Shown one piece after another: positions 11,437 through 25,745 of a DNA stretch of 64,000 nucleotides. A program made the position numbers and the translations under genes. The number at the start of each line of letters is the position of its first letter. Position 1 is the first letter of the stretch. The notes beneath the pieces were generated by a model. That model was given only the letters and a program-made list of their open reading frames with translations, had not been told where the DNA came from and did not search any database. The DNA comes from Eledone cirrhosa (lineage: Eukaryota). The stretch covers positions 16,616,001 to 16,680,000 of the forward strand of contig OZ024746.1 of assembly GCA_964016885.1 (NCBI GenBank). Direction: 5' to 3'.

Positions 11437-14268
11437 CACCACCACCACCACCAACACCAACACCACCCACCACCACCACTACCACCATCATCACTATCAT
11501 TGCTGCCACTACCACCATCATCATCACTACCACCACCACCACCACTACCATCATCATCACTACCACCACCACCACCACCACTACCACTATCATCACTACC
11601 ACCAACATCACCACTACCACCATCATCATCACTACCACGACTACCACCACCACTACCACTATCATCACTACCACCACCACCACCACCACCACTACCACCA
11701 TCATCATCACTACCACCACTACCACCACCACTACCACTATCATCACTACCACCACCATCACCACTACCACCACCATCATCACTACCACCACTACCACCAC
11801 CATCATCACTACCACCACTACCACCACCATCATCACCACTACCACCACCACTACCACTATTATCACTAACACCACCATCACCACTACCACCACCATCACC
11901 ACTACTGCCACCATCATCACTACCACCACCACCACCACCACCACTACCACCACCACTACCACTATCATCACTACCACCACCATCATCACCACCACCATCA
12001 CCACTACCACCACTACCACTATCATCAACACTACCACTACCACCACCACTACCACTATCATCACTACTACCACCACCACTACCACTACCACCACCACTAC
12101 CACTATCATCACTACCACCACCACCACCACCACCATCACCACTACCACCACCATCACCACTACCACCACCATCATCACTACCACCTCCATCATCACCACC
12201 ACCACCATCACCACCACCACCACCATCACCACTACCACCACCATCACCACTACCACCACCATCATCACTACCACCACCACCACCACTACCACCACCATCA
12301 CCACCACCATCACCACTACCACCACCATCACCACTACCACCATCATCACCACTACCACTACCACAACCACTACCACCACCATCATCACTACCACCGCCAT
12401 CATCACTACCATCACCACTACCACCACCATCATCACTACCACCACCACCACCACAACCATCACCACTACCACCACCATCATCATTACCACCACCATCACC
12501 ACTACCACCATCATCACCACTACCACCACCATCACCACTACCACCACCATCACCACTACCACCACTACCACCACCACCACCACCATCGCCACCACCACCA
12601 CCATCACCACTACCATCACCATCACCACTACCACCACTACCACCACCATCACCACCACCACCACCATCACCACTACCACCACCATCATCATTACCACCAC
12701 CATCACCACTACCACCATCATCACCACTACCACCACCATCACCACTACCACCACCATCACCACTACCACCACTACCACCACCACCACCACCATCGCCACC
12801 ACCACCACCATCACCACTACCATCACCATCACCACTACCACCACTACCACCACCATCACCACTACCACCATCATCACCACTACCACCACCATCACCACTA
12901 CCACCACCATCACCACTACCACCACTACCACCACCATCACCACTACCACCACTACCACCACCATCATCACCACCACCACCACCATCACCACTACCACCAC
13001 CATCACCACTACCACCACCATCACCACTACCACCACCATCACCACTACCACCACCATCACCACTACCATCACCATCACCACTACCACCACTACCACCACC
13101 ATCACCACTACCACCACTACCACCACCACCATCACCACCACCATCACCACTACCACCACCATCACCACTACCACCACCACCATCACCACTACCACCACCA
13201 TCACCACTACCACCACCATCACCACTACCACCACCATCACCACTACCACCACCATCATCACTACCACCACCATAACCACTACCACCACCACCACCATCAC
13301 CACTACCATCACCACTACCATCACCACTACCACCACCATCACCACTACCACCACCATCACCACTACCACCACCATCACCACTACCACCACCATCACCACT
13401 ACCACCACCATCACCACTACCACCACCACCATCACCACTACCACCACCATCACCACCATCACCACTACCACCACCATCACCACTACCACCACCATCACAA
13501 CTACCACCACCACCATCACCACTACCACCACCATCACCACTACCACCACCATCACCACTACCACCACCATCACCACAACCACCACCATCACCTCTACCAC
13601 CACCATCACCACTACCACCACCACCATCACCACTACCACCACCATCACCACTACCACCACCATCACCACAACCACCACCACCATCACCACTACCACCACC
13701 ATCACCACTACCACCACCACCATCACCACTACCACCACCACCACCACCATCACCACTACCACCACCATCACCACTACCACCACCATCACAACTACCACCA
13801 CCACCATCACCACTACCACCACCATCACCACTACCACCACCATCACCACAACCACCACCATCACCACTACCACCACCATCACCACTACCACCACCACCAT
13901 CACCATCACCACTACCACCACCACCATCACCATCACCACTACCACCACCATCACCACCACCACCACCATCACCACTACCATCACCACTACCATCACCACT
14001 ACCACCACCATCACCACTACCACCACCATCACCACTACCACCACCATCACCACTACCACCACCACCACCACCATCACCACTACCACCACCACCATCACCA
14101 TCACCACTACCACCACCATCACCACCACCACCACCATCACCACTACCATCACCACTACCATCACCACTACCACCACCATCACCACTACCACCACCATCAC
14201 CACTACCACCACCATCACCACTACCACCACCATCACCACTACCACCACCATCACCACTACCACTAACA
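11437..14268. repeat. ~2.8 kb ACC/ACT/ATC compound trinucleotide satellite
   Basis: Direct reading; the right half is dominated by an 18-bp unit atcaccactaccaccacc. Confidence 0.97.
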
Positions 14269-14902
14269 CCAGTTAACCCTTAATTATTTCTTTCATCTCC
14301 TTAAGCAGCGTTACATATTTACTGAGGGAATTTGAAGATTATTGAAATTCTATAAGACCTGATAGAAAATGGGTGCGTTGGGGTCTCTAGGGGGTAGGAA
14401 GAGTGGGGTGGGATTGGTTGGGTGTTCAGAAAGAAGGGAAGTGGGTCTCTAGAGAAAGTGGAGGGGAAGTGGGGTGTCTAGAGTGAGTGGAGGGGAAGTG
14501 GGGGTTGTGAAGTCTCTAGGGAGAGTGGAGGGGGACAACCATCAATTATATACCAAGTAAATGGCTAAAATGACAAAGATCAGTTCCGTTTATTACTTTC
14601 TCAGAATTCTGATTATCTGTACATCGTCTCTTGACCTGCCGGAAATAACAAGCAAATGCTGTCACATCATATCTTAACATCTGAGATAAGATGGAGAGGC
14701 TGAGGTGGATGTGATCCATGTGGTCCTTTCTACTCCATCAAAAGATGGTATTACATCATTTTTATTATAGATTTGTTGATCATGGTTGACCAGGGGCTAA
14801 ACAACAACAACAACAACAACAACAACCTGGCACAGTGTGTGACAGTGTCTACACACTTACCCATCTTAAACACCTGGGATCAACGAATATTGTAATATCA
14901 CG

Positions 14903-15355
14903 CACCGCCACTGACACCACTGCCACCATCGCCACCACTCCCACCATCACCATCGCCACCACTGACACCACTGCCACCACTGCCACCACTGCCACCATCA
15001 CCATCACCATCGCCACCACTGCCACCATCACCATCGCCACCACTGACACCATTGCCACCACTGCCACCACTGCCACCACTACCACCACTGCCACCATCGC
15101 CACCACTGCCACCACTACCACCACTGCCACCATCGCCACCACTGCCACCATCGCCACCACTACCACCATCGCCACCACTGCCACCACTGCCACCACTGCC
15201 ACCACTACCACCACTGCCACCATCGCCACAACTACCACCACTACCACCATCACCACCGCCACCACTACCACCACTGCCACCACCACCACTGCCATCACTG
15301 TCACCCCCAGCACCACCACAATTATCACCAAAATCACCGCTACCACCACCGCCAT
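14903..15355. repeat. ACC/ACT/GCC/ATC compound trinucleotide repeat
   Basis: Direct reading. Confidence 0.95.
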
Positions 15356-16025
15356 CACACAGACAAACAAAACAGACACACACAGACACACTCACACACT
15401 TCCCTCCACACACCCACACACTTCCCTCCACACACCCACAAGGTCTAAAGGTTTAGGGTGTACCAAGTTGTACAAGACCTCTCTTTCCAACATTCCACTT
15501 ATGAAGTGGGTTTCTGGTATTTATTTAGAGTCTGACCCTACACCCCTCTCACTTTCTTGCCTTCTTTCCCTCTCCCTTTCTTTCTTTCTTTTCTTGCTTA
15601 ATTCTCTCTTTTTTTTCCTTTTCTTGTTTTTTTTTGTTTCATTTAAATATTATTATTTATAGAAGACACAAATAAATTTCTGAGGTTTTCAGTTTCAACA
15701 GAAACTAGAAGCCAGCCTTACGGGGTTGATAAAATAAAGTACCAGTAATGTAATGGGATAATTGCTGGCCTTGTGCCAAAAGTGGAATTATGAACAAGAT
15801 GGTGATGGATTGGCAGTATCGGTAGAGGGTCAGACGCCATGCTTTGCAGCATAGAATTATGGCCCTTTACGGCCTTCGTCCAAATCCCACCGAGGTTAAC
15901 TTTGCCTTTCGTCCTTAAAGTACCGGGCAGGCACTGGAGTCGATTTAATCGACTTTCCCCTCCCCCAAAATTGCTGGCCTTGTGCCTATATAAGAAACCA
16001 ATATTATTAATATTATATATAAAAT

Positions 16026-16970
16026 AAAGTACCAGTAATGCACTGAGATAATTGCTGGCCTTGTGCCAAAAGTAGAAACAATCATTAAAAAGTACCAGTA
16101 ATGCACTGAAATAATTGCTGGCCTTGTGCCAAAAGTAGAAACAATCATTAAAAAGTACCAGTAATGCACTGAAATAATTGCTGGCCTTGTGCCAAAAGTA
16201 GAAACAATCATTATAAAGTACCAGTAATACACTGAAATAATTGCTGGCCTTGTGCCAAAAGTGGAAACAATTATTATAAAGTACCAGTAATGCACTGAAA
16301 TAATTGCTGGCCTTGTGCCAAAAGTAGAAACAATCATTAAAAAGTACCAGTAATGCACTGAAATAATTGCTGGCCTTGTGCCAAAAGTAGAAACAATCAT
16401 TAAAAAGTACCAGTAATGCACTGAAATAATTGCTGGCCTTGTGCCAAAAGTAGAAACAATCATTAAAAAGTACCAGTAATGCACTGAAATAATTGCTGGC
16501 CTTGTGCCAAAAGTGGAAACAATCATTATAAAGTACCAGTAATACACTGAAATAATTGCTGGCCTTGTGCCAAAAGTAGAAACAATCATTATAAAGTACC
16601 AGTAATGCACTGAAATAATTGCTGGCCTTGTGCCAAAAGTAGAAACAATCATTAAAAAGTACCAGTAATGCACTGAAATAATTGCTGGCCTTGTGCCAAA
16701 AGTGGAAACAATTATTATAAAGTACCAGTAATGCACTGAAATAATTGCTGGCCTTGTGCCAAAAGTGGAAACAATTATTATAAAGTACCAGTACTGCACT
16801 GAAATAATTGCTGGCCTTGTGCCAAAAGTGGAAACAATTATTATATAGTACCAGTAATGCACTGAAATAATTGCTGGCCTTGTGCCAAAAGTGGAAACAA
16901 TCATTAAAAAGTACCAGTAATGCACTGAAATAATTGCTGGCCTTGTGCCAAAAGTGGAAACAATTATTAT
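16026..16970 (+). repeat. 63-bp satellite (~15 copies) made from the 3' end of SINE family A
   Basis: Unit contains aaagtaccagtaatgcactgaaataattgctggccttgtgccaaaagtRgaaacaat. The ORF track shows a 21-aa period. It follows a SINE copy directly. Confidence 0.95.
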
Positions 16971-17624
16971 ATATATATATATATTTAAACCTTAAATCTG
17001 CCAGTAGCAGCAATCAATAGGAGAATTTTAGGTTGTGATTCATCAAACATTAACCTTGCGCACTCAAAGAAGAGTTAAACATGTTATAAAAATGATAATA
17101 GATCTAGTGAAAAGAGTGCTGGGTGAGGCCTTATTGAGAACTTCTCAATAAGCCGTGTGAAGTAAACATAAATCATTTCTATTGAACATTGTTCAAACAT
17201 AAAGGAAATGGTGTTAACACTTTCAGTAGGGGACATAAGACTAGCAGTAAGAAACATCATCATCATCATCATTTTACGTCAGTGGTTTTACACATGCATG
17301 GGTTGGACAGGTCCTTCTTAGTACAGTATCTCTCCACTAAATATCAATAAAGTCCTTGGAGGGTATAAATGCAGAGTGTGTGTGGTGGTGGGGGGGGGGA
17401 ATGATTGACCTTCACTCAATGAATGTTTTTCATTGGAATGAAGTCCCACAAGTGTGGCTAGATTGTAGTTCTTATATCATTATTTAAATCAGCCCCGAAA
17501 GACCAACGTAGCACCTTCTGTGCCACCATATATATATATGTAGAAGTTATATTTAATTTGTTGGGATGCAAGCAAATATTTTTTATAACTGATATAAAGC
17601 ACTCAACAAATTATTGGAGTAAAA

Positions 17625-17825
17625 ATACAATATATTAACAAATGGAAACTATATTTATAAAACCATATTTATTTCATTATACATATTTCAAGGACACCAA
17701 GGCAAACTATGGTGCGCTTTCATCAGATAAAAGCGCATCATAGTTTGCCTTGGTGTCCTTGAAATATGTATAATGAAATAAATATGGTTTTATAAATATA
17801 GTTTCCATTTGTTAATATATTGTAT
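17625..17825. repeat. Near-perfect palindrome, 100-bp arms, 1-nt loop at 17725
   Basis: Arms are reverse complements with 2 mismatches; carries a hammerhead-like core on the minus strand. Confidence 0.95.
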
Positions 17826-18559
17826 ATATATATATATATATATATATAGAAAGATTTGAATGGATACAGTTTAGTTAAAAGGAATTTATTGACACGTATT
17901 TCTATAACAGTTACATAACCTGAAAACAGCTGCTATCTACAAAGTATTAGTTATGCAGACATTCAATATTTCAATGTTATTATCAACTGTCATTTCATCG
18001 GAATAATTTTACTGAGGACCTGTTTTGTTTTTATAGAGAATATTAGGAGGGAGGGGTGAAGTTGTTAGAAGAATAGTTGAGGGAGTGGTTTTTTGATAGC
18101 AGTGAGAATTTTTGGTGGCAGTGGGTAATTAGATTCCCATCTGTTGTTTTGACATTTTTATAGAATATATTATTGGTTATTTTTTCTAAATCTATAGAAG
18201 GATTAGAGATAGAATAGATATGCGTGGTTGGTTTTGTGTTTGCACTTAATTAACATTCAGACTTAAATTTTTCTTTCAAGTGTACGTATCCTTTCGCCCA
18301 CGCATTCACACACAAACATATATGCACACCTCTACAAAATACATATACTCACATTCACATACTTACATGCTCATACTTACATACATATACACATGCATAC
18401 ATATATATATATACACACATATATACATGTACATACATACGCATTCATGTGTATACATTTTCATACTCAACTTATCTTTATATACACACGTATAGACACA
18501 CACATATATACATACATACTCCAGTCTATGTGTATATATATATATATATTCATATATAT

Positions 18560-19077
<518 letters not shown>

Positions 19078-19125
19078 TTAAGTAAGTGCCGTACTAAGAG
19101 TGAGAAATGAAATTTCGTTTTCATT

Positions 19126-19162
<37 letters not shown>

Positions 19163-19199
19163 CACTTTAATACATGAATACACTTACATCTAATTATAC

Positions 19200-21420
19200 A
19201 CATCAAACATATATATATATTTACTTATTTATATACATTTTCACATATATATACATACTTATGGTCGCTTTTAGACACATTCATTATCGCATATTTGCAC
19301 CTATTCTCATCAGCATATCTTTCCATTATTAGTGTGGTAATTTAAGGTTATTAATATACATATATATGTTGAGAAGAGATTGTTTTTATATTTTTCTAAC
19401 TAGATTGAGGTTTATATAGTTGGGGGGATGTCCCTCTTTTATGTAATATTCAGCTTGTAGTGGGGAAAAAGGGTTTTAGTTCGGTGACGGCAGAATAATG
19501 TTCATTCAATTCTGTTATTCAGCAATTTCCTCTTGTGTGTGATTATGTAATAAATCTCAAGATTACACAATTTGCATAAATTTTGGCTCCTGGAAAAGCT
19601 TTGGGTTTTAGCTAATTTCTCCCATTTTAGGGTAAACTTTTGATCGCTATACCTGAGCGTCCAAGCTTTTTCTGCTAAAGTTGTTACATTTCTTTGGCTC
19701 TGGTGTTTTATTGAGTAAGAATGCCTATATAATCGAGATTTAAACGATGTTGCCGTTGATCCCACGTAATACCACTCGTTGCCTCCGGATTTAATGGTAC
19801 ACTTATAAATAATATTTTTTTCCAGGCAGTTATTGCCGAGGGGGCAGTTGTCAGGATAGGTGCAGTTACAGTTGTGTACGTTGGGTTTTCTCTGGAGTAG
19901 TATTGCGGACGAACTTAGGTGTGGTTTATTTATGTTCTGTAGTGTATTGTCTACTGTTTTTTTTGTGTTCTTTGTACTTAAGTTTTAGTGTTTTCGTTTA
20001 ACCTTCTAGTATTGATCTTTTTTATGTGTTGTTCAAGGTTTAACGCTGTAGAGTATGACAGTCTTATAGTGGTAGGGCTTAGGATTTTGTGGTATTTGTG
20101 TGATGTAGGAAAATGTCTCTTAATTATTTTAAAGAAGAGTACTGGTAAATTTGTACTAATGGAACTATTGTATTCGGGGTTATACCATAAGTACTCTTTG
20201 CATCGCTTTCTATTAGTTTTGTTTGTTGGTTTACTGGTGTGTATACTATGGTAGTAAGTGTGGTTTGCTGTTGTGTTATTATATCTACCTATGTGGGATT
20301 TATTTGGGGTGTTTTGATTGTTCTCATCTATATACTCTATTTTGTTGAGGTAGCCTGCTTTACTAAGGGCGTTATCGTAGTACTCGGCGTGTTCCTTAAA
20401 TACTTGTATGTTAGAAGATAGACCCGAGATTCTAAGGGAAATATTTTTAGGGATAGATTTAATTATAGAGATGGGGTGGTTAGACCCAACATTTACGTAT
20501 TTGAGATTTTCATTCAATTTATGAAACGGTTTAATCAGACCAGAGTTTAAATTGAGTGTGACATCCAGGAAGTTAACTACTTTAAGGTTGTATTCATATG
20601 TTATAGTTAGTCCTATTTCGAATAGTAGTTTTCTTATATCTTTGCGTAGTTTTTCTAGTTTTTGGTTATTTAGGTTTTTAACTAGGAGGAGAACATCGTC
20701 GCGGTATATTCCGCCGTGGAGATTGCCGAATTTTTCCTGGAGTCTAAAGGCGATAAATAACCCCACAATATCAGTTATTTCCGCCGAATCGTTAGAGCCC
20801 ATTGTTATGTCAAAGTTAGAGGGTCTATCTTTACGTACCCAATAACTGTTCTCAAATTTGACTATAGTTTTCCTAGCTTCTAATATAATCTTAATTTCAT
20901 CGTTTGTAAGGTCAGAGTTATCCTTAGCAAACTTAATGGCTCTATTCAAAGTTTCAGGTGATATCGATGAGTAATATTCGTCGATATCAAACTGGATAAA
21001 CTTAGATTTATTCTTATTGCTAATGCTATTTAACCATCTTATTGCTTCTTGGGTCTTCCCCCAGAGTTTAATGTTAACCTTAGCCTTAATTTGGGGGATG
21101 ATTCTATCTAAGATATGTTTGCTTATTTTACCTATATCTGATTTAGAGGGGCAGATTAATCTAATTTTAGGGTCATTATCAAAGTTTACCTTATGGTCCT
21201 TAAGATTGAAGGTGGGTACCGCCGGTAAGAGTGGTCCTGTCCTATCTTCGATTCCGAGATTTTTCACTATTTCGCATGCCTCATCATTGATGTGCTTAAG
21301 AGTTACTTCATTCGTTTTTCTATATTTTTTATGTAATTCTTTTCGAATGAAGTTGTTGTATGTAGTGCAATCCATAGTATACAGGTTTGATGTTTTGTCC
21401 GCTTTTACTACAATTCCTAT
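19200..21420 (-). mobile_element. Penelope-like retroelement 2 (Naiad-type RT + GIY-YIG), 5' truncated at (TA)n
   Basis: Motifs VVKADKTSN, LKDHK, FDIDEYYSSI, TMGSNDSAE, IYRDDVL, NFLDVTLNL, SNHP; CNC...CPLGNNCL linker; NIIYKC...YVGSTATSFKSR. One frameshift near 19978. Clade assignment is by motif resemblance. Confidence 0.9.
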
Positions 21421-22380
21421 ATATATATATATGTAGGAGGTGAGGTTTATTGTAGTACAATAAAGCAATGCAGATATCGGATAAGTAGCACTCTACAGTT
21501 TGTAGGATTGGAGTATAAATAATCCACTCTTCCTTCTTCCATCCTATCACTGGCCATAAAATTTACTATTACCCTTTTAAATACTTTAGAGTATCACCTT
21601 GAAAAATCCTTCGTAAACATAAACATTTTTTTTTACGTTAAATTATTCATCCTCAATTCATTATTTTTTTTCTCCCTTTCATGCTCATCTAACTTCTACA
21701 TATTACACATATTCATCCACTCTTCTACTTCTTTTCACAATATATCCTTAATTACATTACTATTTTTATATTTTTTTTAATAATACATATCAACAATTTC
21801 TTTCCATCGCACATATTATTAAACCCTTCAATATTCAAACCTTAACTTAATATTATTCTTAATACATACTAACAATTTCTTTTCATCGCATATATTATTA
21901 AACACTTCAATATACAAACCTTAATTTAACATTATTCTTAAATTTTTCTCTTTGTTAATTTTCAAATTCTTTTAATTTATATATTATCTTACAACGGTTT
22001 TTTAACCTCTCTCTGTAAAACAATATATTTTTCTCAGTTATAAAAGCTATATATCTCTCTCTCTCTATCACCTATCTCTCCTCCTATCTCATCCTTCCTT
22101 ATTATACTCCTCCCCCTCCATTCTTTACTCTCATCTCCTCCTCTTTTTCATCCTTTCCACCCACCGACCCCTCAATTTTTTTTTTTCCCCCCAATATTAC
22201 ACATCAATCTAAAACTATTTTTCATATGTTGATTTAAAACTGCACTATTCACAAGTGTTTTTTAACCTTCATATCATGTCTCCCTATTTTATCTGACGAA
22301 AACGCAAGTGTCATCGCATGATTTGTTTTTGAAATGCGCATAATAAAATACATGGAACTCTTTTAACCACCTTTTGATCT

Positions 22381-22412
<32 letters not shown>

Positions 22413-22964
22413 GCATGTATGTATATGTATGCACCTGTTTTTGTGTGTGTGTGTGTATATGCATCTGTGTTTGTGTGTGTGTCTGTGTGCATGCCTTTGT
22501 TTTTGTGTCTCTGTGGGTGTGTGTGTGTGTATCTATGTGTGCATGAGTGTTTGTGTGTGTGGTGTGTGTATGTGTCTATGTGCTTGTGTGTGTGTGTGTC
22601 TATGTGTTTATATCTGTGAGAGTGTGTGTCTATTTGTGTCAGTGTGAGTTTGTGTATGTGTCTATGTGTGTCTGTGTGAGTTCGTGTGTGCGTGCATAAG
22701 TGTGTGTGTGTGCGTGCACGCACGCGCGCGTGCATGTGTGTTTGTGCGTGTCTGTGTGTGTGTGTATCTGTAAGAGTGTGTATATGTGTGGCATTCTTAT
22801 ATACAACATGGCTGGCTGGAATTGTTCTGGTCATATGACATTTATCAGGTGACACAAAGAAACAAATTTGTGTGGTGTGGGGTGGGGTGGGGATTATAGG
22901 TCACAGACATGGTTAGCTGATTTTGTGTGAATGGGGCAGAAAAATTACCAACTTTTTTTAAAAG

Positions 22965-23013
<49 letters not shown>

Positions 23014-23550
23014 GTGTATACTATTATTTTCTGTTTTCAAATCTGAGTTCAAATCCCGCCGAGGTTAACTTTGCCTTTCATCCTTCCAGGGTCGATAGAA
23101 TAAAGTACCAGTAATGCATTGGGTAATTGCTGGCCTTGTGCCAAAAGTAGAAACAATTATTTTCTGTTTTTACATTTCATTTATTAGACTGCAGCCATGT
23201 TGGAGGCATATAAATATATTTATATATATATATCAAACATTGACAGGGGATATGTGTATTTTTCAAAACCACGTGTGCTTTTCGTCGTTATTCCTGATTT
23301 GTTCTTAGCATGTAATCATAGATAGTTAAATCTTCTCCTTTGCTGACTATCCAATTAATGGTGAAATATATTTCTTTAATGGAAGGAGATTAATCATTAT
23401 TGCAAGATATCTATGTTCAAGGTTCTCGTTAAATTTTTAATATGTTACTTCCGTAACTATGTGTGTTTACACTCTTTACAAATTATCTCCTGTAATTGTT
23501 TGATATGTTTATTTTATATATGTCAATTGACTTTTAATTTAATTTTGTTT

Positions 23551-23765
23551 ATATATATATAATTATTAAAGCCAGTTACCATAACAACACAATACCAGGT
23601 ACATATGTTTCATTAGTCCTGATGACCAGCTTGTTCAACCTATGCTGATGAAAATGAACCGAAAAATGTCCTTTTCATCAGCACAGGTTGAACAAGTTGG
23701 TCATCAGGACTTATGAAACATAAGTACCTGGAATAGCACCATTGTAGGAACTGGCCTTAATAATT
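23551..23765. repeat. Imperfect ~215-bp palindrome
   Basis: ccaggtac-atatgtttcat-tagtcctgatgacc...gctgatgaaaa is mirrored by ttttcatcagc...ggtcatcaggact-tatgaaacata-agtacctgg. Confidence 0.88.
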
Positions 23766-23832
23766 CGATTCAAACTCTCCCTACAGATTTGAGTTGCTCT
23801 ATACTTAGATATCTTTACCAACCTATTACTAC

Positions 23833-23869
<37 letters not shown>

Positions 23870-24103
23870 ATATCCAAAATTAAGATAAATTAAATGAATT
23901 TAATCCAAATCGAAATTGTGGGTGTCATACCTTAACGGCGTGCACCAAGATTAATCATTAAAAGGTATCTATTTTTGAAGTTCTAGTTAACTTTATTTAT
24001 TTGTTACCTACTAGCCATGCGTGGTTACACGCTTGTAGAAATTATCTCCTGTGATTATTCATGTTTATATTTATTTATATATATGTTAATCAATTTATAG
24101 TTA

Positions 24104-24170
<67 letters not shown>

Positions 24171-24179
24171 TGCGCGTGC

Positions 24180-24218
<39 letters not shown>

Positions 24219-24716
24219 AACAAGAAGTGTAAGTCAACAGGTTAAAATTAACTTCATTTATTCATAGCCACTGTTATATATATTTCGGTGATAACCATTA
24301 TGCAACAGCTATGGTATCATCAGACAGCTAGAATTTGAACAGAAAAAAAACCCAGAAAAACCTAACGATGGAATAAAGCTTACTTCTGTTATTTTAATTT
24401 TTTTTATATGCTTTGTGCTGAAATTTGGTGTATGTATGATATACATAGGAAGAGCAGGGAAGGGAGAGAGTAAACATAGGACAAAATGTTTTGCTGCATT
24501 TGTTCTGACTCTCTGTGCTCTGAGTTCAAATCCCATTGAAATCAACTTTGTCTTTCATTCTTTCATTCCTTTGGAGTTGACAAAATAAAATCCCAGTCCT
24601 GGATGATGAATCTTTGACATTGTTTTGAAGTCAGATAAAATTCCTTGTGGTATTTCTTCTGAATCTTTGCATTATGAGTTTAAATCACCCTGTAGCCTAT
24701 AATGGTAGTGGTAGTC

Positions 24717-24759
<43 letters not shown>

Positions 24760-25010
24760 TAGGAGACTGAGGTGGTATGGACACGTGATGCGCATGGAGG
24801 ATGACCGATGGGTGAAGAAGTGCCAGGAAATGCCAGTTGAAGGAAGACGTGGTAGAGGTAGACCACGAAAAACATGGGCGGAGGTGGTGAGAACAGACCT
24901 CAGATCATTGAAGCTCACGGTGGAGATGACGAGGGACCGTGACGAGTGGAGAGATGCTGTGCTGAATAAGACCCGTCCCACCCTTGCGAGCAGGGAAAAG
25001 CGGACGTAAA

Positions 25011-25040
<30 letters not shown>
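24760..25040 (+). mobile_element. RTE LINE 3' fragment with (GAT)n tail (shorter tail copy at ~10120-10226)
   Basis: Encodes RRLRWYGHVMRM...GRGRPRKTW; ends ggacgtaaaatgatgatg. Confidence 0.9.
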
Positions 25041-25041
<1 letters not shown>

Positions 25042-25160
25042 CATACAGTCCTATACGAGCGAGACACGGTCACCCAATCAATCTTGCCTCAAGTGGGACA
25101 ATTCCCATCTAACCTATGCTAGCATGGACGATAAACGTTAAACGATGATGATGATGATGA

Positions 25161-25202
<42 letters not shown>

Positions 25203-25745
25203 TCATCATGATCATCATTATCACTGTTTAACATCCATTTTTTTGCGTTAGATGAGTTGTCCCATTGTGAGTCAAGTCGGGTCAGATAACTGATTTTGGC
25301 TGGGTTTCTACAGCTGGATACCCTTCCTAATGCCAACCACATTTACAGTGTAGGTGCTTAGCACCAAAATGGCCACTTCTTACTTCTTTATATATGTGTG
25401 TGTATATATATATATATATATATACTTTGTGTGTGTATATATATATATATATATATACAAACATGTGTGTGTATATTTGCACATGTGTATGTATACATCT
25501 TTATGTATACATCTATGTGCATATGTAAATAACATTTATCTTTCTGAACATGAAACGTTTGATAAAAGAATAGATGGGATAAATATATATGTAAAAACAA
25601 AAAAAAAAAGACTTTTACAAATAAGATAATATTGTATGAAATTAGATCAACTGTTTATAGAATATATTTAGATTTCTAACCGGTTTTAAGTTGAAATACT
25701 AGAAACAAGTAAAAGCCACAAGTACGGGACTGGATAGCATCACGT

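Noticed and set aside
11372-14276. 965-aa poly-Val/Met, 964-aa poly-Thr and 591-aa poly-Pro ORFs
   Set aside because: Automatic products of an ACC-type satellite that is open in several frames; no signal peptide, domain or splice support.
14835-15662. Thr/Ala-rich (mucin- or antifreeze-like) and Gly-rich ORFs
   Set aside because: Trinucleotide repeat open in four frames, flanked by microsatellite-derived sequence.
15718-17013. 431-aa and 326-aa repeat ORFs, or a CRISPR-like array
   Set aside because: 63-bp SINE-tail satellite with no unique spacers and no cas genes; the ORFs arise because 63 is divisible by 3.
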